From Candidatus Latescibacterota bacterium (GTDB taxonomy: Bacteria > Latescibacterota > UBA2968): a stretch of DNA of 64,000 nt. A program made the position numbers and the translations under genes. Each line of letters begins with the position of its first letter. Position 1 is the stretch's first letter. Under the pieces are notes generated by a model. That model searched no databases. It saw nothing but the letters and a program-made list of their open reading frames with translations, and had not been told where the DNA came from. Below are positions 39,743-49,615 of this stretch, in pieces. The stretch lies in contig OZ241986.1 in assembly GCA_965204375.1 (NCBI GenBank), positions 1,600,001-1,664,000 on the forward strand, in the 5' to 3' direction.

Positions 39743-42031
39743 TTATTTTATGTTTAGTGCTATAGTCTGTGGTGGCAGGCATCGCGTGCTGTCGCATGCT
39801 TGATATGTGAGTAATAGCGAGAGGGTTTGTGGTCGGGTTTTGAATGATAGAGTGAGGAGTACATTGAGACTGTCTGCATAAACGGCAATGGCGCGCTCGG
39901 CAAAGGGAAACAGTAAGTCCTTGGCTGGAGGATAGTCGATTTGGGTGATTTCGGCAATGTCCGTGTCCAGTGAGAGGCGTGTAGGGATCAAATAATCGTC
40001 GGTGGGATTGGATGCTTGAATATGCCAGCCCGAAGTGATATTCAGGCGTACGTTCACTTTGAGGATATTCGCGCTATCAGAGGGCAAGGCTGTCGCGGAC
40101 GCAGTGACGAGACTATCGGGTGTAAGCGTTGCGATGGGAGAGGATGTCATCATTGTGCCGTGAATAAAGTGCAGGAGCGCGCCCGGCGTATTTTCTGCAA
40201 GGGGAGCAAAGCTGTTGGTGAGCGCGAGCGCGCGTTGGGCATACAGGGGGTTTTGTGTCAATGTCCGAAGTTCCCACAAAACGTGCAGGGCAACGGCATT
40301 GCCAGAAGGCAGGGCACTATCGTAAAAACTCTTGGTACGCACAATCATTTCATTTTGACTCTGCGTGAGAAAATATCCGCCATCTATCGTATCCCAAAAT
40401 GCGGTGTGCATCCGTTCTGAAAGCGATAGCGCGTCCTGGAGGTAGCGGGCAGAACGCGTTGCGCGATAGAGGTGGAGGAGGCCGTCGATTAAAAAGGCGT
40501 AATCTTCCTGATAGGCTTCTCCTTTGCGCTGTCCTTCGCGGTAGATGCGATACAGACCGCCATTTGCATTGCGGAGATTGTTGTGGATAAAATCGGCCGC
40601 CTTTTGTGCGACCTTCAAGTATTCGGAATGACCGAGGACTTCATAGGCACGGGCATACGCGCCGATCATGAGACCATTCCACGCTGTGATAATTTTATCG
40701 TCGAGGAGGGGGCGGGTACGTTGGCTGCGAGTGTTCAGAAGTTTTTCTTTTAGTGGGGATAGGCGCGTGCACAGAGTTGTGGCGTCGATTTGATGGCGGA
40801 CTGATAGCGCGCTGTCTGTATCGGTTTTATATATGACGCCGGTCGATCCTTCGGGCATGGGCGCGAGTCCATAACACGAGAGAAAGAAGTCGGCATCTTT
40901 CTTCAGGGTCTGGCGAATATTTTGTTCTGTCCAGGTATAATACGCGCCTTCTTCTGCTTCGGTTTCTGCGTCGAGAGCAGAGTAAAATCCGCCTTTGGAG
41001 TCTGTCATCTCTCGTGAAACAAAGCCCAGAATTTCCTCTGCTGCAAGGCGATAGGCCATTTTATTGGTGATCTGATAAGCGCGAAGAAAATTGTGGGTGA
41101 GGAGTGCCTGATTGTAGAGCATTTTTTCAAAGTGCGGTACGCGCCATTGTGCATCTGTCGCATAGCGATGAAAACCACCTCCGAGGTGATCGCGGATGCC
41201 GCCCAGTGCCATGTGATGCAGTGTTTGCTCGACTATGGCGAGGTACTTTGCCTGGGGATCTTGTCGATAGGCTGTCAGCAACAGGTTGAGCGCGTGATCG
41301 GGTGGAAATTTCGGGGCTGTGCCCAGGCCGCCGTTGATGGAATCAAATCGCTTTTCTATGTGGTCAATCGCCTTGTCAATCAGGTCTCTTTCCGATTTCT
41401 CTGAAACGGCGCGTGTCGTGTGAATGCGCGCGATAGATTGCGATATCTGATCGGCCTGTTTTTCGAGTTCCTGTCTCTTTTCCTGCCAGGCTACATGCAG
41501 TGCCTGAATCACGCGCGGAAATCCCGGACGCCCATGTGAATCTTCGGGGGGAAAGTAAGTACCGGCAAAAAAGGGTTTGAGATCTGGGGTGAGAAAAACA
41601 GAATTGGGCCATCCGCCGTGCCCGGTCATGAGCTGGGTAGCCGTCATGTAAATTTTGTCGATGTCAGGACGTTCTTCTCGGTCAACCTTGATGTTGACAA
41701 AAAACTGATTCATTAAGTGGGCAATATCCGGATCTGCAAAGACCAGCCTTTCCATGACATGGCACCAGTAACAACTCGAATATCCCACGGATAGAAAGAT
41801 CGGTTTGTCCTCGCGGCGCGCTTTTGCAAGTGCTTCTTCTCCCCAGGGATACCAGTCCACGGGATTGTGTGCATGAAGGCGCAAATACGGGCTTAGTTCC
41901 TGGCTGAGGCGATTTTGATGCGTGGGGGAGGGGGTAGAAGGATTTTTAGAAGAATAAACACCCCACCAATACCCCGCAGCAATGGCGAGGAGAATGATGG
42001 GGATGAATAGGAGACGTTTGGCGATTGCCAT
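39743..42031 (-). CDS. YyaL/SSP411-like thioredoxin-domain protein with C-terminal DsbD-N-like domain
   Basis: [38 protein letters not shown]; C-terminal GWHI...YQACD..RCLPP. Confidence 0.85.
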   Translation of the reverse strand: MAIAKRLLFIPIILLAIAAGYWWGVYSSKNPSTPSPTHQNRLSQELSPYLRLHAHNPVDWYPWGEEALAKARREDKPIFLSVGYSSCYWCHVMERLVFADPDIAHLMNQFFVNIKVDREERPDIDKIYMTATQLMTGHGGWPNSVFLTPDLKPFFAGTYFPPEDSHGRPGFPRVIQALHVAWQEKRQELEKQADQISQSIARIHTTRAVSEKSERDLIDKAIDHIEKRFDSINGGLGTAPKFPPDHALNLLLTAYRQDPQAKYLAIVEQTLHHMALGGIRDHLGGGFHRYATDAQWRVPHFEKMLYNQALLTHNFLRAYQITNKMAYRLAAEEILGFVSREMTDSKGGFYSALDAETEAEEGAYYTWTEQNIRQTLKKDADFFLSCYGLAPMPEGSTGVIYKTDTDSALSVRHQIDATTLCTRLSPLKEKLLNTRSQRTRPLLDDKIITAWNGLMIGAYARAYEVLGHSEYLKVAQKAADFIHNNLRNANGGLYRIYREGQRKGEAYQEDYAFLIDGLLHLYRATRSARYLQDALSLSERMHTAFWDTIDGGYFLTQSQNEMIVRTKSFYDSALPSGNAVALHVLWELRTLTQNPLYAQRALALTNSFAPLAENTPGALLHFIHGTMMTSSPIATLTPDSLVTASATALPSDSANILKVNVRLNITSGWHIQASNPTDDYLIPTRLSLDTDIAEITQIDYPPAKDLLFPFAERAIAVYADSLNVLLTLSFKTRPQTLSLLLTYQACDSTRCLPPQTIALNIK

Positions 42032-42042
42032 GTCATCAGGCC

Positions 42043-43275
42043 TCAAGCTGCAAACGCGCGTTTGATTCTGGCGACAGCTATTAAAATATCGTCCATATCG
42101 TCCCGTTCGCCCAGCAACATGTTTTGCAAGAACCAGATACTGGAGGCGCATATTGCTTCCACCTGGGGACACGGCAAACGGCGAATCAGATGTGGATGTC
42201 GATCCATCACGGTTTTGAGACCGCCTTCATCGGTTAAGGGCCGCTGATAACCAGGTGTGCAGGGAATGCCTTCGGCCTGCAAGGCCGCGATAAATTCATC
42301 GCGTGTTTTCCCTCCAAATGCTTCGCTGTCGTAGCGCATCATATACAGGTGATAGCCGTGCTGCGTGACCCAGGGATGCCATCGCGGTGGTTCTAATCCG
42401 CCAATTTCGTCTAGGCCCTTGCTGAGATAAGCCGCATTTTTATTGCGTAAATCGATTTGTGGTTCGAGTTTGGACAGTCGTTTTAATAAAATGCCTGCCA
42501 GATACTCAGAAGTGCGATAATTCCACCCCAGGCGGGGATATTCCCATCGCTCACCCTCAGGGCGTCTGCCCACATCGCGAAATGCCCATGCCCGGTCTCT
42601 GAGATCTCGATCATTGGTGAGAAGACACCCACCTTCACCCGAAGTCAAGTTTTTGCTCGACTGAAAGCTGAATGCGCCCACATGGCCCAAAGAACCCACT
42701 TTGCGGCCTTTGTGCTCGGCTCCGTGCGCCTGAGCGCAGTCTTCGATGACTTTGAGGTTGTGCTTACTGGCAATGTCATTGAGTGCATCCATGTCTGCCG
42801 GGTGCCCCCCCAGGTGAACGGGAAGGAGCGCAACGGTCTGATCTGTGATGGCGGCTTCGGTGGCTTCGGGCGACATGGTAAAACTCACCGGATCAATATC
42901 GACCAGAGCCAGAGAGCACCGCACCGAGAGGGGCGCGCTTGCAGTGGCAATAAAAGTGTAATTGGGAATGATGACTTCGCCGCCATCGACGAGGCCATCG
43001 AGGTCGAGCGCGGCGGATAATCCAGCCGCAATAGATGTGGTTCCGCTGGGCATCATCACGCCATAAGCCGCATCGCAATAGGCGGCAAATGCCTGACCAA
43101 AGCGGTGCCCCACAGGTGCGGGAAGTCCTTCGGTTTGATCGAGATAGACTTCTTTGAGGATGGGGGCGATTTCTTCTTCCCATTCCCGTTCTGTGTTATC
43201 CGGCCAGGTCGGCCACTGCGACGCTTCGGCATCGCGCACGGGAACACCACCATCTATTGCGAGTGTTTCTGACAT
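42043..43275 (-). CDS. DegT/DnrJ/EryC1/StrS-family PLP aminotransferase
   Basis: [31 protein letters not shown]. Confidence 0.9.
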   Translation of the reverse strand: MSETLAIDGGVPVRDAEASQWPTWPDNTEREWEEEIAPILKEVYLDQTEGLPAPVGHRFGQAFAAYCDAAYGVMMPSGTTSIAAGLSAALDLDGLVDGGEVIIPNYTFIATASAPLSVRCSLALVDIDPVSFTMSPEATEAAITDQTVALLPVHLGGHPADMDALNDIASKHNLKVIEDCAQAHGAEHKGRKVGSLGHVGAFSFQSSKNLTSGEGGCLLTNDRDLRDRAWAFRDVGRRPEGERWEYPRLGWNYRTSEYLAGILLKRLSKLEPQIDLRNKNAAYLSKGLDEIGGLEPPRWHPWVTQHGYHLYMMRYDSEAFGGKTRDEFIAALQAEGIPCTPGYQRPLTDEGGLKTVMDRHPHLIRRLPCPQVEAICASSIWFLQNMLLGERDDMDDILIAVARIKRAFAA

Positions 43276-43303
43276 GTAAAGCTCCTTAGTTGGATATATT
43301 GGA

Positions 43304-43343
43304 GACTACGCGCCTTGACCCGTAGTCAGGCGGGATGTATATT
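43304..43343 (+). promoter_or_regulatory. Putative sigma70 promoter with overlapping inverted repeat
   Basis: TTGACC(43315)-17 bp-TATATT(43338); GACTACG-N10-CGTAGTC flanks the -35. Confidence 0.55.
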
Positions 43344-43408
43344 TAATTTGCAACTCAAGGTACGATTTATAGATTGATTGTCAAGTTATCAAGAGAGGAT
43401 GATTGACG

Positions 43409-46270
43409 ATGAACCTCGCTGGAATGTTGATGCAAAAAATTGAGGGCGAAGTGCGTTTTGATAAGATGTCGCGCATTCTTTACAGCACTGATGCGAGCAT
43501 GTATCAAATTGAACCCGTTGGCGTTGTTTTGCCCAAACACAAACAAGATGTTTTGCATGTCATCAATCTCGCCAATGAACACGAGGCCCCGATCATTCCC
43601 CGAGGCGGTGGCACCGGGCTTGCCGGCGGTGTGGTGGGAAGCGGTATTGTGATGGATATGTCGAAATATATGAATCGCATTCTCGACTTCAATGCCGAAG
43701 AAGGTTGGGTCAGGGTCGAGCCTGGCGTGATACTCGATGAACTCAATGCATTTCTCAAACCGCACGGATTGCAATTTGCGCCCGATGTGGCAACCAGCAG
43801 CCGTGCGACAATCGGGGGCATGGTGGCCAATAATTCGGCAGGCGCGCATTCGGTTATTTACGGCAAGACTATAGATCACGTATTAGAACTCGATTTGGTC
43901 TTGTCCGATGGCACTGAAATAACAGTAGGGGAGTTAGACGAGCCTGCTGTGCAACAAAAATGCGAGCAACAAAACCTCGAAGGTCAGGCGTATCGGGAGG
44001 TAATCCGCATAGCGCGGGAGAATGCGGAAGAAATCGAGCGACGATATCCCAAAATTTTGCGGCGGGTCGGCGGATACAATCTCGATGAATTTATCAAAAA
44101 GCAGCCGTTCAATCTCGCGCGTATGGTTATAGGTTCTGAGGGTACTTTGGCGACCGTTGTCGGGGCAAAGCTCAGAGTAATTCCGTTGCCCCGGGCAAAG
44201 GTGCTGGGCATTGTTCAATTTAACGACCTGATTGCGTCTATGAAGGCTGTTGCGCCGATCTTAGAAACGGCTCCGGCCGCAGTAGAGCTGATCGATAAGA
44301 TGATTCTGGATCAGACCAAAGGGTCTATGGAACTGTCCAGGATGCGTTCGTGGGTGCAGGGCGATCCAGAGGCTGTGCTCGCTGTTGAATACTACGGAGA
44401 TTCAGCGAGTGCACTGGCCTCTAAGCTGGACGAACTCGAGGTCGTTTTGGGCAATCTAAATCTCGAATATACTTTTTCCCGTGCTATTTCCGATATCGAG
44501 CAGGCCAATGTTTGGAATGTGCGCAAAGCGGGGCTGGGTTTGCTCATGGGGGTAAAAGGGGATTCTAAACCCATCGCTTTTGTCGAAGACGCTGCTGTAC
44601 CGCCAGAGAGGCTACCCGATTATATTTCTGAGTTTGGAGCTTTGGTGAAATCGCTCAACACGCGTGCGGGTTATTATGCACACGCCAGCGTGGGCTTGCT
44701 ACACGTTCGGCCGATGGTCAATCTCAAAGAGGCCGATGAGATCGCAAAAATGCGCTTTATCGCCGAATCCGTGCGCGATCTGGTGATGAAATACGGTGGT
44801 GCCGTAAGTGGAGAACACGGCGATGGCCTGGTTCGGAGTTGCTGGAATGAAACGTTCTTTGGCACGACACTTTACGAGGCTTTTCGGGAGGTCAAACGCG
44901 CTTTTGACCCCAAAGGACTGATGAATCCCGGTAAAATTGTCGATGCGCCGATGATGACCAAAAATTTGCGGTATGGGGCAGACTATCGCGCACAAGAGAT
45001 AAATACCCACTTCGATTTTTCTGCCGATGGGGGATTTCACCGCGCCGTTGAAATGTGCAATGGGGTGGGCGAGTGTCGCAAAAAGCTGGTGGGCACGATG
45101 TGTCCGTCTTATATGGCAACGCTGGAAGAAGAGCATTCGACGCGAGGGCGGGCAAACGCGCTTCGAGCGGCGATTTCAGGGCGGTGGGAAGGCGGGCTTA
45201 CGGATCATCGCATCAACGATGTCCTCGCACTTTGTCTGGAATGTAAGGCATGCAAAGCCGAGTGCCCATCCAATGTGGATATGGCGAAAATTAAGTATGA
45301 ATTTAAGGCGCATTATTACGCCAAACACGGACGACCCTTGCGGTCTATTTTATTTGGCAATGTGGAATTGATGGGCAAACTCGGATGCATCGTCGCACCC
45401 CTTGCCAATCGTCTGTCCAGGACGAGTATTTCAAAGTGGATGATGAAACGTCTCGGGATCGCGCCTGCGCGGTCACTGCCGCCATTTGCACGTCAGACAT
45501 TTACACACTGGTTCGCCAGTCGCAATGCGCCTTCGAAAAATAAACGCGTCGTGTTTTTTGCCGATACGTACATGACCTACAACTATCCCGAAATTGGCAA
45601 GGCAGCGACAGCCTTGTTTGAAGCAGCGGGTTATGAGGTGATTTTGGCCGTAAAGCGATGTTGTGGACGTCCGATGCTTTCGAGTGGTTATATCGATCGC
45701 GTAAAAGAAAACGCCCTGTTTAATATCGAGACTCTCTATCAATATACCGAACAGGGATATCCCATCGTGGGATTTGAACCGTCGTGTGTTTCGATGTTTA
45801 CGGATGAATACGGCGATTTAATTGACGATCCGCGCGTGCGTGCCGTAGCCGACAATATTTACACGTTTGAAGCATTTGTGCAGACGTTTTTCGAACGGGG
45901 CGAATTTTCCGTACCATTTACCGATCTTAAAAAAGACATCTTGCTCCACGGCCACTGCCACCAGAAGGCTCTGTGGGGGATCGGACCGTCTGAGGCTGCG
46001 TTGGGATTGCCCGAAGGCTTTCGCGTGACGCCCATTCAATCGGGTTGCTGTGGCATGGCGGGTTCTTTCGGCTATGAAGCCGAACACTACGATGTGTCGC
46101 TCAAAGTGGGTGAGTCGCGGCTGCTTCAGGTGGTTCGCAACGCAGATGACACAACCGAAATTGCCGCAGCAGGTTTGTCGTGCAGGCAGCAGATTGCACA
46201 CGCCACAGGGCGCACTGCCCGTCATCCCGTCGAGGTATTGGCAGACGCCCTGGATAAGGGCGATGGGTAA
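43409..46270 (+). CDS. FAD-linked oxidase with Fe-S and CCG domains (GlcD/GlcF-like fusion)
   Basis: YSTDAS, RGGGT, GEHGDG, CNGVGEC, CLECKACKAECP, CCGMAGSFG. Confidence 0.9.
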   Translation: MNLAGMLMQKIEGEVRFDKMSRILYSTDASMYQIEPVGVVLPKHKQDVLHVINLANEHEAPIIPRGGGTGLAGGVVGSGIVMDMSKYMNRILDFNAEEGWVRVEPGVILDELNAFLKPHGLQFAPDVATSSRATIGGMVANNSAGAHSVIYGKTIDHVLELDLVLSDGTEITVGELDEPAVQQKCEQQNLEGQAYREVIRIARENAEEIERRYPKILRRVGGYNLDEFIKKQPFNLARMVIGSEGTLATVVGAKLRVIPLPRAKVLGIVQFNDLIASMKAVAPILETAPAAVELIDKMILDQTKGSMELSRMRSWVQGDPEAVLAVEYYGDSASALASKLDELEVVLGNLNLEYTFSRAISDIEQANVWNVRKAGLGLLMGVKGDSKPIAFVEDAAVPPERLPDYISEFGALVKSLNTRAGYYAHASVGLLHVRPMVNLKEADEIAKMRFIAESVRDLVMKYGGAVSGEHGDGLVRSCWNETFFGTTLYEAFREVKRAFDPKGLMNPGKIVDAPMMTKNLRYGADYRAQEINTHFDFSADGGFHRAVEMCNGVGECRKKLVGTMCPSYMATLEEEHSTRGRANALRAAISGRWEGGLTDHRINDVLALCLECKACKAECPSNVDMAKIKYEFKAHYYAKHGRPLRSILFGNVELMGKLGCIVAPLANRLSRTSISKWMMKRLGIAPARSLPPFARQTFTHWFASRNAPSKNKRVVFFADTYMTYNYPEIGKAATALFEAAGYEVILAVKRCCGRPMLSSGYIDRVKENALFNIETLYQYTEQGYPIVGFEPSCVSMFTDEYGDLIDDPRVRAVADNIYTFEAFVQTFFERGEFSVPFTDLKKDILLHGHCHQKALWGIGPSEAALGLPEGFRVTPIQSGCCGMAGSFGYEAEHYDVSLKVGESRLLQVVRNADDTTEIAAAGLSCRQQIAHATGRTARHPVEVLADALDKGDG

Positions 46271-46547
46271 TATCAAGCGCGTTCGCGTGATAATCAGCGG
46301 ACGGGTTCAGGGTGTTGGATTCCGCTATGTCACACAGCGAGAAGGCGAGCGCCTCGGGCTGGTCGGATGGGTAAAAAATTTACCCAATGGCGATGTTGAG
46401 GCTGAAGCAGAGGGGGATGAGGCGCAAGTCGCTGAATTTGTAAAATCGATGCGGCGGGGACCTGCTACATCTCGCGTCCTGAGTTGTCAGGTTGACGAGA
46501 TACCTGCGACCCACTGGGATATAGTGTTTGGTATCATGTTTTTTTAG
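46263..46547 (+). CDS. acyP: Acylphosphatase
   Basis: ISGRVQGVGFR, GWVKNLPNGDVE; ATG 46263 overlaps upstream stop. Confidence 0.92.
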   Translation: MGNIKRVRVIISGRVQGVGFRYVTQREGERLGLVGWVKNLPNGDVEAEAEGDEAQVAEFVKSMRRGPATSRVLSCQVDEIPATHWDIVFGIMFF

Positions 46548-46568
46548 TGAATTTTAAGGGAGGAAAGA

Positions 46569-47081
46569 GTGGATTTAATGGGCTTTATTCGCGATGTGCC
46601 CGATTTTCCCAAAGCGGGCATTTTGTTTAAAGATATTACGCCTCTGCTCGGCGATGCGGATGCGCTTCGCGCGGCGATAGAACGACTGGCGCAACCCTAT
46701 CGCGATGGGGCTGTCGATCTGGTTGTGGGAATCGAGTCGCGTGGTTTTATTTTTGGGACTGCACTCGCGCGAGAACTCGACGTGGGCTTTGTGCCGATCC
46801 GCAAACCCGGCAAACTGCCAGCAGATGCGATTTCTGCGAAATATGAATTGGAATACGGAACTGATAAGATTGAGATACACACAGACGCAATCGCCAAAGG
46901 ACAAAAAGTCGCGATCGTGGATGATTTGCTGGCGACCGGTGGCACAATGGCTGCTGCGTGTCAGCTCGTATCTGAACTCAAAGGGAAAATTGTCGGTATC
47001 TCTTTTGTCATAGAACTGGGCTTTTTGAACGGGCGCGAAAAACTCGGGGATTGGCCCATTCACAGGCTGGTTCACTATTGA
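46569..47081 (+). CDS. apt: Adenine phosphoribosyltransferase
   Basis: PDFPKAGILFKDI, ESRGF, RKPGKLP, YELEYG, VDDLLATGGT. Confidence 0.95.
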   Translation: MDLMGFIRDVPDFPKAGILFKDITPLLGDADALRAAIERLAQPYRDGAVDLVVGIESRGFIFGTALARELDVGFVPIRKPGKLPADAISAKYELEYGTDKIEIHTDAIAKGQKVAIVDDLLATGGTMAAACQLVSELKGKIVGISFVIELGFLNGREKLGDWPIHRLVHY

Positions 47082-47132
47082 TATTATCATATGTGCCCCT
47101 GTAGCTCAGAGGATAGAGTAGCGGATTCCTAA

Positions 47133-49576
47133 GTGCGCCGCTTCACGGTAGGAGTTCCTACCCAGTAACTGGGTATGAGTTGCAGGATAACTCGTAGATT
47201 AACCGATTCACTGAAATCTGAAAGGAGGAAGGGAAAACAGCATATCGGTAAAGCTGGTGGACAGGACAACCACAAAGAATGTCGCACTGGCAAAATCTGT
47301 ATCCTATGATTAAGGCTAAACTGCTTGAACCTCAACAACCAGTGGGAGAAAACCCGCCTCCTCTTGGAAATGTGGTTGACACCAAGACCTCACAAGATTC
47401 TGAAAGGATTAGGAGTTCAGAATACCTGACAACGTGGGCACGACTTGCAGAGAGCGAGTATAAGGTAGTGAATGAGGAATCTAAGGGATACTAAACGGAA
47501 CTCAGACACGGAAAGCGGGAATACCTAAGTGTCGAGAGACATAAGGTATCGGAGCCTCCGTAGTAGTCAGAGAACGGGAAAGCCGTTTACAAGGCGAAGG
47601 GAGGCAGGTAAGTTCGACTGTAAGGACAAGGAGGGATGCGTAATGCAAACAGCCAAAACTGTTCTTGAGGTCATCCATCGAAGGGGAATGGAAGGTAAAA
47701 CGCTTGAAAGGCTTTACAGGCAATTGTTCAACGAAGAGATATACCTGAAAGCGTATGCGGAAATCTACTCAAACAAGGGTGGATTAACCAGAGGTATTAG
47801 TAAAGAAACGATTGATGCAATGTCAGTTAAACGTATTCATAGCATCATAAAACGTCTCCGAACTGAAACATACCGATGGAAACCAACACGCCGAGAGTAT
47901 ATCCCAAAAAAGGACGGCAAAAAGAGACCACTTGGAATCCTCTCTGGGGACGACAAGATACTCCAAGCTGTTCTTAAAACCCTGCTTGAAGCCTATTATG
48001 AACCGCAATTCAGTGACCGCAGTCACGGATATAGACCGAATAGAGGCTGCCACACAGCACTTCAACAAATTGGTAGAAAACACCATACGGTCAGTTGGTT
48101 CATAGAGGCAGATATAAGAGGCTGCTTTGATAACATCGACCACGACATCTTAATTGATATACTGAGCGATAAAATCAAAGACGGAAGGTTTATACGACTT
48201 CTCAAACATCTTATGAAAGCAGGATATGTTGAAGATTGGAAATGGCATAAGACATATAGCGGAACACCGCAAGGTGGCATCATAAGCCCGCTTCTGTCAA
48301 ACATCTACCTGAACGAATTAGATATATGGGCAGAGAAAGAACTTATGCCAGAATACAATCGTAAGCCAAAAAGCGGTAGGAAGAAAATGAACCCTGAATA
48401 TAAGCGATATGCCTATAAAAGAGGCAACGCCAAAAAGCAGGGCGACTGGAAATCCTACAAACATTACGGAAATCTGATGAAATCACTTCCAACAACGATA
48501 GAAGATGATAACTACCGAAAATTGGAATATATCAGATACGCCGATGACTTTCTGTTAAGTTTCGCTGGCCCTAAAAAGGAAGCTAACGAAATCAAAGAGA
48601 AGATCAGGAATTTTCTCAAGGATAGATTAAGACTTGACCTATCATTGGAAAAAATCCTAATCACTCACGCCAGAACCAAAAAAGCCAAATTCCTGGGATA
48701 CGATCTGCGAGTCAGACAATCACGGGAAAGGCGAGTAGCAAATGGATCAATATGGTTCGGGACACCAACAGAGAGCAAGTTGAGAGCCATAAAGAAATAT
48801 AGGGAGAAAAACAAGGCGAAAGTAAGATTTGAACTGGTCGAACTGAGTGACTATGATATAGTAACGCAGTATCAATCAGAATACAGAGGTCTTGCGAACT
48901 TCTACGTAATGGCTCACAACAGACATACCTTAAACAAAGTAAGGTGGGAAGCGGAAAAATCCCTAATACGGACACTTGCAAGAAAGCACCGAACATCGGT
49001 CAAAAAAACCTATATAAAATATAGGGGCAAGATGAACGGTCATGCGGTGATAAAGGTGCAAGTAGAAAGAGAAGGGAAAGACCCACTAACCACATACTTT
49101 GGAGGAATTTCCCTGAAGAGAAACCCATACGTAAAGTCTATAAAAGACGAGTACACGAACAATTGGATCAAAAGAAGTCAGCTTATAGAGAGACTACTGG
49201 TAGACCAATGTGAAATGTGCGGACAAGTGGGGAATATCGAAGTCCATCACGTAAGAAAGCTAAAAGATGTGAACATACCGGGAAAGAGGAACAAACCCGC
49301 TTGGGTGCATCGAATGGCAGCTATCAGACGTAAAACTCTGATGACCTGCGTAAAATGTCATAAGGCAATACACGCAGGTAAACACCTTACGGAATGGGAT
49401 GTATGGAAGAACTTACTGGAGAGCCGTGTGCATTGAAAGGTGCAAGCACGGTTCGGAGGGAGGGTGCAGGAAAAGTGACCTAAATCCGTTTTGGTTTGAC
49501 TACGATGGAGCTAATATAGCTCTCTAGTGGACAACCAAAACGGCATTAGGTCAAACTCGCTTGCTCCCTACCCTAC
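47133..49576 (+). mobile_element. Group IIA intron (LtrA/ML-like), 2,444 nt
   Basis: 5' GTGCG; domain V GAGCCGTGTGCATTGAAAGGTGCAAGCACGGTTC (49421-49454); 3' end CCCTACCCTAC with branch A at -7 (49570); EBS1 hairpin 47397-47423. Confidence 0.95.
47643..49436 (+). CDS. ltrA: Intron-encoded reverse transcriptase/maturase with HNH endonuclease (597 aa)
   Basis: SD AAGGAGG; KRPLGI, FIEADIRGCFDNI, GTPQGGIISPLLSNIYL, YIRYADD, FLGY; C-terminal CEMC...EVHH...CVKCH. Confidence 0.95.
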   Translation: MQTAKTVLEVIHRRGMEGKTLERLYRQLFNEEIYLKAYAEIYSNKGGLTRGISKETIDAMSVKRIHSIIKRLRTETYRWKPTRREYIPKKDGKKRPLGILSGDDKILQAVLKTLLEAYYEPQFSDRSHGYRPNRGCHTALQQIGRKHHTVSWFIEADIRGCFDNIDHDILIDILSDKIKDGRFIRLLKHLMKAGYVEDWKWHKTYSGTPQGGIISPLLSNIYLNELDIWAEKELMPEYNRKPKSGRKKMNPEYKRYAYKRGNAKKQGDWKSYKHYGNLMKSLPTTIEDDNYRKLEYIRYADDFLLSFAGPKKEANEIKEKIRNFLKDRLRLDLSLEKILITHARTKKAKFLGYDLRVRQSRERRVANGSIWFGTPTESKLRAIKKYREKNKAKVRFELVELSDYDIVTQYQSEYRGLANFYVMAHNRHTLNKVRWEAEKSLIRTLARKHRTSVKKTYIKYRGKMNGHAVIKVQVEREGKDPLTTYFGGISLKRNPYVKSIKDEYTNNWIKRSQLIERLLVDQCEMCGQVGNIEVHHVRKLKDVNIPGKRNKPAWVHRMAAIRRKTLMTCVKCHKAIHAGKHLTEWDVWKNLLESRVH

Positions 49577-49615
49577 TCCGTTGGTCGCAGGTTCGAGTCC
49601 TGCCAGGGGCACTTT

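Larger units (their letters stand above)
47095..49611 (+). tRNA. tRNA-Arg(CCU), split: exon 1 47095-47132 (38 nt), exon 2 49577-49611 (35 nt); CCA not encoded
   Basis: Joined exons fold as a cloverleaf: acceptor GCCCCTG/CAGGGGC, D-stem GCTC/GAGT, anticodon stem GCGGA/TCCGT with loop TTCCTAA, T-arm GCAGG-TTCGAGT-CCTGC, discriminator A. Confidence 0.95.

Noticed and set aside
47129-47723. Short ORFs in the intron 5' region
   Set aside because: They overlap ribozyme domains I-III and have no coding signal.
47529-49436. RT as retron, DGR or defence RT; ORF-track start at 47529
   Set aside because: Domains V/VI, GTGCG start and HNH tail identify a group II intron; SD plus ATG at 47643 is the better start.
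49577-49611. tRNA 3' fragment as an attR duplication of an integrated element
   Set aside because: It is the only 3' half seen and complements exon 1 exactly; I found no second copy around 58 kb.
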